From: Chitinophaga pinensis
GTDB taxonomy: Bacteria; Bacteroidota; Bacteroidia; Chitinophagales; CAIOSU01
Direction: 5' to 3'
DNA length: 64,000 nucleotides
Assembly: GCA_945901065.1 (NCBI GenBank)
Contig: CAMDKI010000004.1
Coordinates: 29,166-93,165 of the forward strand
The notes under the pieces were generated by a model. It was given only the letters and a program-made list of their open reading frames with translations, was not told the DNA's origin and made no database searches. Within the stretch, counting starts at the first letter, position 1; the number at the start of each line of letters is the position of its first letter. Position numbers and translations under genes: made by a program. Below are positions 62,729 through 64,000 of the stretch, piece after piece.

Positions 62729-64000
62729 ATGAGTATTAAGCCGTTTATGGTGGATCTTCATTGCCATCCTAATCTGAAATCTTTCCACTCTGGGCACCCA
62801 GAACCTATTTGCGACCTTTGGGAATGCATTGACCACAGCGAAGCCAACACAGGCTTTTTGAGGATGATTCGCAAAAATAGCACCCAAGTATTGAAACAAT
62901 CCCAGTGCAACTTGTATGCGCTAAGTGAAGGTCAGGTGAGGGTAATTAACCTATCACTTTATCCAATGGAGCATGGCTTTTTGCGCATCCGTGATGTGCC
63001 TAGCTTGATGATAAGCAAAAATGCCAGTGAGCAACTGATTTCGCTTATTACCGGCATGGACCCGAAACGGATTAAGTACCTTAGAAATGTAGATGACCGA
63101 TACTTTGACGACTTACAAAAGGAATATGACTTTGTGGCCAAGGGTCAAGGCCTGTCGCCCGACGGTAAGTTGGCGTATAAAATAGTGAATAGCTATAAGG
63201 AGCTGGAACAGGTAGTAGCCCATGAGCCCAATACCATAGCCGTGATAATGAGTATTGAAGGCGCCCATGCATTTGGTTGTGGGGTAAAGGCCACCGAAAA
63301 GAAATCGACTGAAGAGATGAAAACGCTATTGAGCGAAAACATCCGTAAGGTGAAGCAATGGGAGCACCCGCCATTTACTGTAAACCTAGCGCATCATTTC
63401 TGGAACCAATTGGGCGGCCATGCCACCAGTCTAAAGGGTGCATTAAACGGACTTATTAATCAGAATAAAGGCATTGATAAAGGATTGACGGAGCTGGGCC
63501 GACATGTGCTCAGGGAATTGTTGAGCCGCGAAAACGGCAAGCGCATTCTTATTGATACCAAGCACATGAGCATTGCCTCGCGCATGGAGTATTATGGTTT
63601 TATTCGCAACTACAACTACCTAAACCCCAACGACAAGATACCCGTAATTTGCAGCCACGGCGGGGTAAACGGGTATAAAGATTTAGCATCTTCCATCCGC
63701 ACAAAAGACAAGTTGAAGAAGAGCGCCAAAGGCCATTTCCATAAATGGAGTATCAACGTGTGTAACGAAGAAATCCGCATCATTCACGAATCGGAAGGTT
63801 TGATTGGGATAATGATGGACAAGGGAAATTTGGGCAGCATAGAGTTGGTGAAGAAGGTTTCGCAAATAAAAGACCCCGAGAAGCAACGCGAAGAGTTTGC
63901 CAAAATGATTTGGATGAACATTTTTCAAGTAGTGAAAGCCGTTGAGGCAAAAAGCGGTTGGGACGTAGTTTCAATCGGTACCGATTACGATGGCACTATT
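62729..64000 (+). CDS. M19 (renal dipeptidase)-like metallohydrolase, partial (runs off the right window edge and is absent from the supplied track)
   Basis: Hand translation from ATG 62729 gives 424 codons with no stop. Motifs VDLHCHPN, SIEGAHAF, IDTKHMS, ICSHGGV and GTDYDG are colinear with M19 metal-ligand positions. Confidence 0.65.
   Translation, partial: MSIKPFMVDLHCHPNLKSFHSGHPEPICDLWECIDHSEANTGFLRMIRKNSTQVLKQSQCNLYALSEGQVRVINLSLYPMEHGFLRIRDVPSLMISKNASEQLISLITGMDPKRIKYLRNVDDRYFDDLQKEYDFVAKGQGLSPDGKLAYKIVNSYKELEQVVAHEPNTIAVIMSIEGAHAFGCGVKATEKKSTEEMKTLLSENIRKVKQWEHPPFTVNLAHHFWNQLGGHATSLKGALNGLINQNKGIDKGLTELGRHVLRELLSRENGKRILIDTKHMSIASRMEYYGFIRNYNYLNPNDKIPVICSHGGVNGYKDLASSIRTKDKLKKSAKGHFHKWSINVCNEEIRIIHESEGLIGIMMDKGNLGSIELVKKVSQIKDPEKQREEFAKMIWMNIFQVVKAVEAKSGWDVVSIGTDYDGTI

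Noticed and set aside
62959-63974. Several minus-strand ORFs of 60-97 aa near the right edge
   Set aside because: They are antisense to the uninterrupted 424-codon M19-like ORF starting at 62729.

Overview
This 64-kb chromosomal segment reads as a Bacteroidota genome. Six secreted proteins end in T9SS type-A C-terminal sorting domains, SprB and PKD repeats are common, several genes have TAnnTTTG -7 promoter boxes, and start codons follow A-rich leaders without Shine-Dalgarno sequences. I call about 50 protein genes, mostly housekeeping. They include a BatA-domain protein, a dihydroorotase-like gene, DUF4199, three GT2 glycosyltransferases and gmhA. Others are a MoxR-type ATPase, a POT peptide transporter, a YhhQ-type transporter, an RlmI-like methyltransferase and a biotin-dependent acyl-CoA carboxylase pair. 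There is also a two-gene N-acyl amino acid lipid module, FTCD, menE/menC, pdxJ, tyrS, tdk, miaE, pirin and PhoD. Two ORFs missing from the supplied track run off the window edges: a PKD-repeat protein (1..1372, minus) and an M19-like dipeptidase (62729..64000, plus). There is one intact tRNA-Ala(GGC). I found no rRNA, CRISPR array, transposase, integrase or recognisable defence genes. The non-coding structure is the most interesting part, with four items. (1) A GIY-YIG ORF lies between tRNA-Ala and a decayed tRNA-like copy that has an identical 3' half. (2) A family of AT-rich AATTTGAAAAT palindromic elements is present, and a related long inverted repeat encloses a GxxExxY gene. (3) A 61-nt G/U-tract-plus-terminator module is duplicated in a 700-bp ORF-free region, next to a 14-bp perfect long-range stem. 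(4) A second ORF-free region of about 790 bp carries two orphan plus-strand terminators. At the protein level, tyrS has a degenerate HIGH signature (GIGN) and the dihydroorotase homolog lacks its metal and catalytic residues. I cannot point to a clear new multi-gene system. All functional calls rest on motifs read from the translations, with no database search.
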